From NCBI GenBank assembly GCA_001600815.1, contig BCKZ01000005.1, positions 195,532 through 259,531 of the forward strand: a DNA stretch of 64,000 bases. Reading direction: 5' to 3'. Positions within the stretch are counted from its first letter, which is position 1, and each line of letters opens with the position of its first letter. This document shows, piece by piece, positions 20,964 through 32,490 of this stretch. The position numbers and the translations under genes were made by a program. The stretch is from Alloascoidea hylecoeti. Its lineage: Eukaryota. The notes beneath the pieces were generated by a model that saw only the letters and a program-made list of their open reading frames with translations, was not told where the DNA came from and ran no database searches.

Positions 20964-23930
20964 ATGTCTCACAGCTACAAGTACTCCCCCTCGCCCACGG
21001 GCCCGGCCTTCAGCAACCCCCAGCAGCAGGAGGACCATGCCCACGTGGTGCAGCCGGCCCCGGTCCTCCCCCAACACTCGGTGACCTTTGCGTCCCAACA
21101 TGAAACTCTGGACGATTCGCAGTACTACAACCACCCTGGAACCGTGTCCGGCTCGCCCCATGACCAGTACGCCCAGCTCCAGCAACAGCAGAATTTGGAC
21201 CCCCTGAGGTACAGCCATAACATGTACTCGACAAACACAAACGAGTCAAACGACGAAGCTTACTTGATGCATCCTATGCCCCAGCAGCAGACTCCTCCCA
21301 CTTTGCCCCAACCTCCTCCTTTCCTTCCTAACAGCTATTCTGCTTATGGCGGTTCTTCCTTTGCCAATGTTTTTGAAGATGCTGATCCTGATGAATTTGA
21401 CAATTTTACTCCTCTTCCAATCGATGGTGAATCCTATGCTTTGAATACTTTTGAAGAAATCCCACAATCTTCTTATTCTGGCTCTGAAATCGATGATCAA
21501 GATCGTTATAATGATCAGATTACTGGTGATGTTTTTGCTGACCCTAATGCTTATTCTGATCCTCCCGTTGGCCCTCAATTACGTCGTTCGAAAACCACAA
21601 AAAAAGTAAAATTAATGAACGGTAATTTAGTTTTAGACTGTCCTGTTTCAAAAAGAATGTTAGCTACTTATACTGAAAAAAGAACAGAGCGTGAATTCAC
21701 TTTTATGAGATATTCTGCTGCAACAACTGATCCAAGAGATTTTGTTAATGAAAATTTTACTTTACGTCAATTATGTTATAAACAACCAAGAAAAACTGAA
21801 TTAATGATTGTTGTCACAATGTATAATGAAGATGATATTTTGTTAGCCCGTACTTTAAAAGGTGTTTTTAAAAATATAAAACATTTAATGGGTAGAGATA
21901 AATCTAAAGTTTGGGGTAAAGATTCTTGGAAAAAAGTTGTTGTTGTTATTGTTTCTGATGGTAGAACTAAAATTAATCCAAGATCAAGATCTTTATTGGC
22001 TGCTTTAGGTGTTTATCAAGATGGTTTTGCTAAAAATATGATTAATGATAAACCTGTAACTGCTCATATTTATGAATATACAACAATGATTGGTATTAGT
22101 TCAATTGGTAAAAAAAATGTTCATACAACTACTGAAAAAACTGTACCAATACAATTATTATTTTGTTTAAAAGAAAAAAATGCTAAAAAAATTAATAGTC
22201 ATCGTTGGTGTTTTCAAGCTTTTGCTCCTTTATTACAACCTGAAGTAATTGTTTTACTTGATGCTGGTACTCAACCTGGTCATAATTCAATTTATCAATT
22301 ATGGAAAGAATTTGATAATCATCAAAATGTTGGTGGTGCTTGTGGTGAAATTAAAGCAATGTTAGGTCCTGCTTGGAAATATTTATTAAATCCTTTAATT
22401 GCTGCTCAAAATTTTGAATATAAAACTTCAAATATTTTAGATAAACCAATGGAATCGGTTTTTGGTTTTATAAGTGTTTTACCTGGTGCTTTTTCTGCTT
22501 ATCGTTATAGAGCTTTATTAAATGATGTTAATGGTGTTGGTCCTTTAGAAAAATATTTTAAAGGTGAAACTTTACATGATTCTGGTGCTGGTTTATTTAC
22601 TTCAAATATGTATCTTGCTGAAGATCGTATTTTATGTTTTGAATTAGTTGCAAAAAGAGGTTGTAATTGGACTTTAAAATATTGTAAAGCTGCAAGTGCT
22701 GCAACTGATGTACCTGATAATTTAACTGAATTTATTTTACAAAGAAGAAGATGGTTAAATGGTTCTTTCTTTGCTGGGGTTTATTCATTATTTCATTTTT
22801 TTTCAATGTATAGATCATCACATTCATTTTTAAGAATGTTAATGTTTCATATACAAGGAATTTATAATGTTGTAAGTTTATTAGTTTCTTGGTTTTCAAT
22901 TGGTTGCTTTTTTTTAGTTTTTAGAATTTTAACTTCAAGTCTTGGTAATTCAGATGCTAATTTTGCTCCTGGTAAAGCATTATCTCTAGTATTTTTATGG
23001 ATTTATGGTTGTTGTTTATGTTCAACTTTTATTGTTTCTTTTGGTAATAGACCAAGTGGTACTAAAAAAGTTTATATTGTAATTGTTATATTTTTTGCAA
23101 TATTAATGATTTATTTATTATTTGCTGCAATTTTTTTATCAATTAAAGCTATACAAGGTGCAATTAAAGAAGAAGGTGGTACATTTCAATTTAAATATTT
23201 TTTTACAAATTCTGTTTTTAGAGATTTGGTTATATCAATGCTTTCAACTTATTGTCTTTATTTTATTGGTGCTTTCTTATATTTTGATCCATGGCATATG
23301 TTTACAAGTTTTATACAATATATTTTATTATCTCCAACTTATATTAATGTTTTAAATGTTTATGCTTTTTGTAATATTCATGATATTTCTTGGGGTACAA
23401 AAGGTGATACAGGTGTTCAAAAATTAGATTTAGGTGTTGCAAAAACTGATGATACTGGTAAAGTTGAAGTTGATATACCAACTTTAGATACAGAAATTGA
23501 TGAATCTTATTCAAATGAATTAAAAGTTTTATCTTCTGATCCACCAAAAGAAAATTCAAATATTGATGAATCTGAAAAGGAAAAAGATTATTACGCTTTT
23601 ATTAGATCAACTGTTGTTTTAACTTGGATGTTTTCAAATTTTATAATTATTGCTTTAGTTTTACAAACTGGTGGTGTTGAAGATATTTCTGATTCTGATG
23701 ATTCTTCAAGTGATTCTTCAAGTGATTCAAGTTCAACTGATAGTTCATCAAGTAGTTCTACTGCTAAAAGATTTGCAAGAGCTGTTGTTGTTCATTTTGT
23801 TAAAAGATTGTCTTTAGAAAAAAGAGATGAAATATTCTTAACTGTTATTTTATGGACTGTTGCTTTTATGGCTTTATTTAGATTTCTTGGTGCTTTATCA
23901 TATCTTATTTTAAGAATAGTTGGTCATTAA
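20964..23930 (+). CDS. CHS1: Chitin synthase, class I
   Basis: TMYNED, SDGR, KKINSHRW, LLDAGT, QNFEYK, LPGAFSAYR, YLAEDRILC, QRRRW, SWGTKG; N-terminal region is class-I-like (NLVLDCPV, MYNEDDILLARTLKGV). Confidence 0.95.
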   Translation: MSHSYKYSPSPTGPAFSNPQQQEDHAHVVQPAPVLPQHSVTFASQHETLDDSQYYNHPGTVSGSPHDQYAQLQQQQNLDPLRYSHNMYSTNTNESNDEAYLMHPMPQQQTPPTLPQPPPFLPNSYSAYGGSSFANVFEDADPDEFDNFTPLPIDGESYALNTFEEIPQSSYSGSEIDDQDRYNDQITGDVFADPNAYSDPPVGPQLRRSKTTKKVKLMNGNLVLDCPVSKRMLATYTEKRTEREFTFMRYSAATTDPRDFVNENFTLRQLCYKQPRKTELMIVVTMYNEDDILLARTLKGVFKNIKHLMGRDKSKVWGKDSWKKVVVVIVSDGRTKINPRSRSLLAALGVYQDGFAKNMINDKPVTAHIYEYTTMIGISSIGKKNVHTTTEKTVPIQLLFCLKEKNAKKINSHRWCFQAFAPLLQPEVIVLLDAGTQPGHNSIYQLWKEFDNHQNVGGACGEIKAMLGPAWKYLLNPLIAAQNFEYKTSNILDKPMESVFGFISVLPGAFSAYRYRALLNDVNGVGPLEKYFKGETLHDSGAGLFTSNMYLAEDRILCFELVAKRGCNWTLKYCKAASAATDVPDNLTEFILQRRRWLNGSFFAGVYSLFHFFSMYRSSHSFLRMLMFHIQGIYNVVSLLVSWFSIGCFFLVFRILTSSLGNSDANFAPGKALSLVFLWIYGCCLCSTFIVSFGNRPSGTKKVYIVIVIFFAILMIYLLFAAIFLSIKAIQGAIKEEGGTFQFKYFFTNSVFRDLVISMLSTYCLYFIGAFLYFDPWHMFTSFIQYILLSPTYINVLNVYAFCNIHDISWGTKGDTGVQKLDLGVAKTDDTGKVEVDIPTLDTEIDESYSNELKVLSSDPPKENSNIDESEKEKDYYAFIRSTVVLTWMFSNFIIIALVLQTGGVEDISDSDDSSSDSSSDSSSTDSSSSSSTAKRFARAVVVHFVKRLSLEKRDEIFLTVILWTVAFMALFRFLGALSYLILRIVGH

Positions 23931-25548
23931 TCATTATAATCATTATCATTATAATGATAAAATTAACATTAAAATTAAAATAATAAAAAAAAAATAAAAA
24001 AAAAAAACAATTTTAAATTTCAATTTCAATTTCAATTTCAATGTTTTAGTTATATTAAGATACATTTTACTTACATTTATAGTTAACTTTATAGTTATTA
24101 TGATTTTTTATTTTATTTTATTTTATTTTATTTTATTTTATTTTTTTGAAAAAATTAATGGTTCTCATTTTAAATTTCTTTGTTACTTAACTTAACACAG
24201 AACTTATTATAACGTTAAAACTTTTATATATCTTATATACTTTATATATTTTATATATTTTATTATTTTTGATTGTTTGTTTCGATTTTTATTAATTTTA
24301 TATATTTTTACTATTAATAACAAGAACTATTTACATAATTATGATAGTAAGTATATTCTAGTATGTTGCTATTTTCTTAAATTTCATATATCAGAATAAG
24401 CAAGCCTACTTTTTTATAGCAAGTACTCCCATATTAGAGTTGGATAATGGTGCTTTTAACTAAATATTTCTTATCTTTGATAAACCAAACCAATCCCATT
24501 CAACAAAGATATGTATGCTTTAAAAGAATCGTTATCCATAATAAGATTGGAAATCATCCCTCCAAGTTGAAAAGAAGCAGACATTACCATATATTGGGTT
24601 AATTATTTTAACTCGACCAGCTAACCTAATCTCTACATGAATTTTTTGATTTCCTTTAATTGTTTAAAATCAAGTTCTAAAATAAAACTCATTATAAATT
24701 TTATTATACTCTACTCTAGAGCTAAAGAATTTATTGAAATAAAAATTTTGGAAAACTAAAAACAAATATGAATTTCTCTTACAGGTTCCAATTCTAATAG
24801 ATATAGTTCCAACTTCAGGCATCCCAACAATATTATTGTTCTTATAATCGAGTTCATTTTTTTGGTGTAACTTAAAAATATCAATTCCAAATACATATGT
24901 TTATCATGACCACAAATTTAAACGATATAGTAATGGAGTTCAAATCAATATATATATATAATAATTAAAATGATATACCCTTTAATAACAACTCGCAAAT
25001 GATATTGATTGTCAATATAACTTCAAGTATAATTATATTATATTCTAGATCTTATAGCGGAAATTATTTATATTTTGTTGAGAAATAAAATTACACGATT
25101 TTATACATTGAAATTTCCATAATAATTCTCGGTATTATTATATTTAAATATATAAAAAAAAATCCCACAATTGCGCGCAATAAACTTAAGATTATAAGCT
25201 TATATTTTAACAAGGTATAAATTAAAAATTATAACATTTGGCTACAGTTTACCAATGTTAGTTTAGATATAACAACCAATGTCATCAAATAACACTGACA
25301 TGCTATAACTTCTCCAAAAATATTTAGCTTTGTATAAAGTAATGAATGCAACCTGTAGCTTCTTAAACTGTATATTTACCCGCAGCAAGTCTTCAAGCAA
25401 GTTCTCAAAAAGGCAAGTCTAAAGATAAGTGTCTTCAATAAGGATAATATTTTTTAATATATAAGGCCGGATTCGTGCACTCAGGTTGTATAAGATGTAC
25501 CCTTCTATTAATATCATTTACATACATATTTTGAAAAACATAAAAAAT

Positions 25549-25860
25549 ATGGATATGGGGCTAAAAGCTAATATTGTTTTTGCGGCTATTTCATTTGGCT
25601 GTTTTCCTGTCATAGGTATTGCTCTTGTGATAAGACATTGTTCAAAGAGGAGAAAGAAGAATCAAAATATTAATCTGCAGAGGTCCATAGTCTTGTCAAA
25701 TGTCATCCAACCAGGACAACAACAACACCTTCAGAATCCATATGCTCAAGAACAGGAACAAGAACAAGAACAGAATAATGGTCTGGGAACAGATGAAGTG
25801 AATGAATTCCTACCAGTGTATAAAGCTACTGAAATTCCTCCACCAGTTTATATTCCATAA
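25549..25860 (+). CDS. Small single-pass membrane protein with LPVY and PPVY motifs (Rcr1-like Rsp5 adaptor), copy A
   Basis: MDMGLKANIVFAAISFGCFPVIGIALVIRHCSKRRKKN: TM segment plus basic stop-transfer, then a Q/E-rich linker and C-terminal FLPVYKATEIPPPVYIP. ATG 25549 lies at the same position in the unit as the paralog start. Confidence 0.7.
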   Translation: MDMGLKANIVFAAISFGCFPVIGIALVIRHCSKRRKKNQNINLQRSIVLSNVIQPGQQQHLQNPYAQEQEQEQEQNNGLGTDEVNEFLPVYKATEIPPPVYIP

Positions 25861-28453
25861 TTTATTAATATACTAATAGAAACTGATTTACAAATTCTTA
25901 ATAACCACCATGTATGTAAATATATCCAAATTCATGATACTTGCTTATAAAAAAATTAAATGGTATAATGCATCCCTGATGTTGCGATACAACAACTTTG
26001 TTTCACTTTGACAAATATACAGTCTTAAACATAAAATTTTGATTTAAAAGAGAAATTCTCAAGGAAATATTTCCCAAAAATTATATGTCTTTTTATCTAA
26101 CCTCTCATTACTGGAAACAATTCTAGTAATCACCACGAATTTAAAAAATACACATGTATGTATTATGTACCGGGTATATCATAGTTAAGATTCTTTTTCT
26201 TTGATAAGAACTCGTAATTGATTGTGGATATAGCTTCAAGTATATTTTATTATATATGTATTTTTATAGCGGAAATTATTATATTTTGTTGAGAAATTAA
26301 TCAAATTTAAGGAGAACAGAAATCTCAAGAAACATATACATTGAATGTAAAATTATACCACATAATAATAGTTGTAAATTCTTTTATATATTGAATCTGT
26401 CACAATAATTCTCGGTATTAGTATATATATTCCAATATAAAAACCCCATGAATATACAATAGAAGAAGATTCGGAGAAATGACATTAGAGTCAACCAATA
26501 AAGAATTTTTTTTAACTGCAGTGAACTCTGATATAAAGCAAATTAAAATAAATAAATGCCCGGTAGCACAGAATGTGATAGCAAACATGTTATTTTAGGT
26601 GACTAAAATACTACAAGACCAAGAAATTAATTCTTGTTCAAGTAAGTGTCTAATATCTTCATATAGAAGGGCGATAAGGTGTGTTATACATATATGGCTA
26701 CTAGCTCTATTAGTAATTCACCTTTTGCCTATTCATTATTAGATATTCATGCATAGTTAAATAGTTAGTTATCTACCTATATAAGAAGAGGATCTTCCTG
26801 ATATATTTTAGAAGAACAAGATTTATTTTGACTACATATATCATATATCATCTTACCAAAGTAGATTCGATTCTAAGTCATCAACAATATAACAAGGTGG
26901 GCAATCTTTTAATAAAAATTATTATATTTTTTATTTACTAATATATTTATCTTTTAATTGCTATTCACTTTAAAGTTTAAATTATTATGGTCATTAAAGG
27001 TTCAAAACAGCAGCTTGCAATACTATTACATGATGCTTTGAGCGTCCTAAGTATATTTGAGTCTGTGCTATAAATCACACATCTACTTTATATAACGTAT
27101 TACTGTCTTCTTAATGAAACATCTAAATTTTATAAGTTGCGTTATACAAACATTATTGTGTTATCTTGTGCTACAATATTTAAGTTTCGTCCTCAGTGTA
27201 TCTCGTCAGTTCAGTGAAGCTAACTATAATACAATTTATACTAAAAGTTAAAGATATTGTTAGAGAGCCATATCACGTGATATAATCAGATGTATTATTC
27301 GATATAAAAATCCCCATCGATCGCGTTCGTGATAAACTTAGGATTATAAATTTCAAAAAGGTAATAAATTAAACAATTAAACATTATAACAGCTACAGGT
27401 ATTGGTTTATACATGCAAAATATATATAATTATCAATGTCATCAAATAAAAAATATCACCGACATGCTGTAACTTCTCCAAAAGATTTTGGCTTTGTAAA
27501 CCAAAAAAAAAAGTAATGCACGTCACCTGTAGCTTCTTAAGCTGAATACTTACCTGCAGCAAGTCTTCAAGCAATTTCTCAAAAAGGCGAGTCTAAAGAT
27601 AAGTGTCTTCAATAAGCATAATTTGTTTTTTAATATAGGGCAGGATTTCCGTTCTCGGGATTTAAAATCTTGATTTAAGGGAAAATTCTCAAGGAAATAT
27701 TATTAAATAAAATATGTCTCATTCTCTAAACTGTTCCCAAAAAAAGTTATATAAGGCATAGTAATGGAGTTGAGATCCATATATATATATGTACTACTTA
27801 TAAGTTATATATCATATTTAAAATTCATTTTTTTTTTTTTAATGACAACTCGCTATTGATTGTCGATGTATATCAAGTATTATCTATTGTATTTTTATAG
27901 CGGAGATTATTTATATTCGAATTTTGTTGAGAAATGAATTGAAGGAGAACAGAAAATTTCCAGAAACATTAATATTTGCATACATGTAAAATGATATACC
28001 CATGGTAATAATAGTTTTTCACCACTTTTTTAATTATATATTGAAATATTCAAATATAAAAACCTAAAAATTAACTTAAGATTATTATATTATTTCAAAA
28101 AGGATGATCAAATAAATAACATCTATCTACAGCTAAGAGGTGTTGGTATAAATTTGCAAATCATATAAATATAAAGAATATTACTGACATGCTGCTGAAA
28201 CTTCTTTCCAAAATATTTTGGCTTTGCAATTGAATCCAAAGAAAATAAATACTTCACCTGTAGCTTCTTAAACTGTATATTTACCTGCAGTCTTCAAGCA
28301 AGTTCCCAAAAAGGCGAGTCTAAGGATAAGTGTTTTCAATGAGCATAATCTTTTATATTTTTATATATAAGGCCAGATTCCCGTTCTTGGGTTGTATATA
28401 ATATACTCTTCTCTTAAGATCATTTACATATATTTTTTAAAAAAGAAGATAAA

Positions 28454-28617
28454 ATGTTTTCAATAAATATTTTAACTATTATACTTTTGGCTGTTACTAT
28501 AGTCTTTGTTCTGGGGATAGGCTACTGTTTAAATAGGCGGGACCGAAAGAAGCAATTAAAAGAGGGCATTAATCCTTGGAGGCCTATAATCTTCCAACAA
28601 CGACAACGACGACAACG

Positions 28618-28651
<34 letters not shown>

Positions 28652-28795
28652 CCTCAGAATCCATATGTCCAAGAACAGGAACAGGAACAAGAACAAGAAC
28701 AAGAACAGAATAATGGTCTGGGAACAGATGAAGTGAATGAATTCCTACCAGTGTATAAAGCTACTGAAATTCCTCCACCAGTTTATATTCCATAA
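28454..28795 (+). CDS. Small single-pass membrane protein with LPVY and PPVY motifs (Rcr1-like), copy B
   Basis: TM (ILTIILLAVTIVFVLGIGYCL), NRRDRKKQLKEGINPW, poly-Q, and a C-terminal tail identical to copy A. Confidence 0.75.
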
Positions 28796-29899
28796 TTTAT
28801 TAATATACTAATAGAAACTGATTTACAAATTCTTAATCGTCGTGTATGTAAATATATCTAAGTCACTATACTTAAAAAATAATGAAATTAAATAGTATGT
28901 TGCAATATAACTTTGTTTCACTTTGAAAAGCATAAAATTTATAAACATGAAATCTTGATTTAAGGAAAAAAATTCTCAAGGAAATATTATTAAATAAAAT
29001 ATATGTCCCGTTATAAATCCTGTCGAAACATCACGGGAAAAAAATTCTAGTATTCAATGCACCCCTTTTGCTGCTAAAACTAGTTTTAGTCACTTTGGTA
29101 AAAAACTAAGCTGATATGGTTGTTATAGTGTTTGTTTAATGTTTCCGAGAAAATAATAGTGAACCTCTATTTATAATGATCTGAAGTTATGTTGAATATA
29201 CTAGAACTGAAGTTTTCCATAGTTTAATATCTATTTTTATTATATCCTTATTATATATAATTATACCATATATCATAGCTAAAAACCTAAAAGATATATA
29301 AAAAATTGGAATGGAGTTTAGATCTATATACGTATACATCGTAATTAAAATTCATTTTGTTTAATAACAACTCGCTATCGATTGCGGATATAATCAAGCA
29401 TTATCTATTTTGTTTTTATTACGGAAATAATTTTCTATTTTGTTGAGAAGGAAGGGAGAACAGAAATCACCAAAAATACATAAAATTATATAATATAGTA
29501 ATAGTTGAATGCTTTTATACGATATATCGAAAGTGTCACAGTAATTATCAGTATTATTATTATAGTCCAATATAAGAACCCCTCTAAACTTAAGATCAAA
29601 AACGAATAGATTAAAGCATTTGGCTACAGCCAGTATTATTCAGATATATTTGCATACATATAACAACCAGTGCCATCAAATACACACAATATCACTAACT
29701 TGTTGAAAAAAAGATTTTGGTATTATATCCAAAAAAAATCACGTAACGCGTTACATCTTAAACGGTTTATCTACCTGCAGCAAGTCAAGCAAGTTCCCAA
29801 AAAGGTGGGTCTAAGGATAAGTGTCTTCAAGGAGCATAGTTTTTATATATATATAAGACCAGATTCCCGTTTCTAAATTGTATACTCTTTTCTTTTTTA

Positions 29900-30172
29900 G
29901 ATATTTTGTGGATGTTATGGAAGAGGAGGAAGCAAACAAAAAAGAATAATATTAATCTAACTGGGCCATTGATTTTGCCGTATTCCAACATAAACCAGCC
30001 ACAACAGGAACAACCTCAAAATCCATATTTTCAAGAGCAGGAACAACAACAAGAAGAGCAGGAACAGGTATAGGAACAAATCAATGGTCTGAGCACAGAT
30101 GAAGTGAATGAAATCCTACCATTGTATACGCTTAGAGCTACTTAACTACCTCCACAAGCTTGTCTCCCATAA
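29900..30172 (+). pseudogene. Decayed third copy of the PY-motif membrane protein
   Basis: Homologous ..PQNPYFQEQEQ..V*EQINGLSTDEVNEILPLYTLRAT*LPPQACLP with two in-frame stops; TM region eroded. Confidence 0.8.
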
Positions 30173-32365
30173 TCTATTAATATATTATCTATTTGTCTAT
30201 GATTAATGGAAACTGATTTACAAAACATTTTGCCTAATCGCCTTATATGTAAATATATCTAAATTCATGCTACACTTGTATATAAAAAACTCTAATGAAA
30301 ATTTACAGGTTGTATGACAAAGGACCAATTATCAAGGAAATATCACTAAATTGAACATAAATCAGGTTTCCTAAGGTGGCTAAATATCACTGGAGACAAT
30401 TATAGTAGGTAATATTGTCTAACTGGCCTGCCTTTGCTTCTACCATTGGGTTGGTATGGAAGCGATGAGTTAGGAAAAAATAATTGATCTAAATGATCTC
30501 ATAACTTTGGCAATAATACTGAAGGGCAATCTTTGACCATTTTGACGCCACCTTTCATTATGTCTAACTCTGGTTACTTTTTGTCAAATCATTTTTGAGC
30601 TTGTGCCAGAGAGGTTTTAATGAGTCTTTGGAAATGAAGATTGGATTTAGAACAAATATATATAATATTCTCTTCTGTTTATTAAAAATTATATAAACAT
30701 GGACATATGCACTTGTTAGTATATTCCAAATAAAATATAACACAAATACTTCTGCGTGAATATGCATATGCACTGGATATTACAACTAAATAAGTGATAT
30801 AGGCCAATGCACATATACATATAGCAAAGTTTGTAAATTATTTCGTCATATATATATATATATATATATGAGCATAGGTTTCGTTACTTGTTTGATAATT
30901 TATCAGTCTTTTAGATAATAAAGTTTCACCAATTAGTCAAAATGAGAATACTTTTTTGAATTTCTCTCCATTTGTTGATAATTTCTTTGTCAAGTGAATT
31001 TCATCCACCGAATACCGATAGTTATTTCAAACAATCGATGTTTAGTAACCCAAATGTTGAAACTTTGTTGATTTGACTATCCATACCTAAACATTTTATC
31101 AGCAATTTAATCAGTTGAATTTCTACATACTGAACAGATCTGTCAAAAACATATCGGCACTTTAATGATAATTAATATTAGTATTTAAAATTTCTAAATT
31201 ATCATCCAAAATACTTATGTAGTGCATAGATGGAGAACATACGTTCACATGTAGTCTGTAGACCTAATCAAGAACCGTCTAACCATTAAGGGTTTGTAGA
31301 ATATTTGATGGCTGGTTATATAACTGCCATTTTTGGATGTGGTTGGTGGTAAAAAAGTTTAACAAATCGTAGCTTGATCCGATTGAAAGTAATGCACTTA
31401 ATCATGAACCATGATTATGATATTTTTATAAGGACATAATCGTGGTTGTCAGTGGTTGGTAGGTCAAATAAAAAGTAAGGAACCACAATATAAAACTTCC
31501 ATGCAGGGGACACATAAAATGAGGTTGTGTTTGTAACCAAATCGGATGAGCGTTTTCTGTGCGTACACAATTGAATGTTTAGAAGTAATAGAATCAAAAA
31601 GTTGTTATGTTAGAATAATCATCTAATAATCATTTTATAAGCCAAAAGTATTTAATATTATTCAACTCATACAATTCATAAAGTTTAAATATATATATTA
31701 GTTAAAATTAAATTTATCTAATATGGTAAAAGAAAGAAAGGAAGAAATTCATGATCACTTTTTATTTTTAATTTATATCATTATAATGAATAATTCAATA
31801 TAAAATTATTCAATTATCTTACTTTTATCAGACGAAAGAATTTGTAAAACTTAATCTGTGGAATCAGTGTAGATTGAAACAATTTCCGAAAAAACTATAC
31901 CGTCAAATTTATTTAAATACCGATATCAATATTATATCTGGTTGTATTGGGATAAATATTTTCCATATTAGTTAACGAACGTTAACTGCCAAAGAAAATC
32001 TAGATCTAGATTCTAAATAATAGATTATAGATTTACCATAGTGCTAAAATAAACTACCTTCTATAAAATAACATCAAAATAAATCTGTAAATCCTCAAAA
32101 TAATAATAATAATAATTTTTAAAAATGTAACGAATAAATCAGAAAAAGCTTAAGTGAACTGTTTTATTTTATTTTTATTTTTATTTTATTTTTATTTTGT
32201 ATTATATTATAAGTATTCTTAAGGAATGTATTAAATTGAATATGTATTAAGCTTTTTATATCGGGTACAATTATATATCTAAATTTTTTAATTTAATAAT
32301 AATCAAAAAAAAAATATAAAAAATGGTACAGAATAATCAGATCTAAAATAGAATAGAATAGAAAG

Positions 32366-32434
<69 letters not shown>

Positions 32435-32439
32435 AAAAA

Positions 32440-32488
<49 letters not shown>
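32366..32488 (+). repeat. ~120-nt poly(A) tract with two TT interruptions
   Basis: Seen directly. Confidence 0.9.

Positions 32489-32490
<2 letters not shown>

Larger units (their letters stand above)
24930..30340 (+). repeat. Tandem array of four ~1.0-1.2 kb promoter+gene units (two intact genes, one CDS-deleted unit, one pseudogene)
   Basis: Shared markers: AATGGAGTT (~24932, 27763, 29310), CGGA-AT-ATT (~25058, 26270, 27901, 29422), ACCTGTAGCTTCTTAA (~25351, 27525, 28256), GATAAGTGT-TTCAA (~25423, 27598, 28325, 29816), CAAGGAAATAT (~26060, 27690, 28977, 30333). Confidence 0.9.

Noticed and set aside
20486..21578. Overlapping ORFs around IGO1 and the CHS1 5' end
   Set aside because: Same GC-island effect; the spliced endosulfine and CHS1 explain the region.
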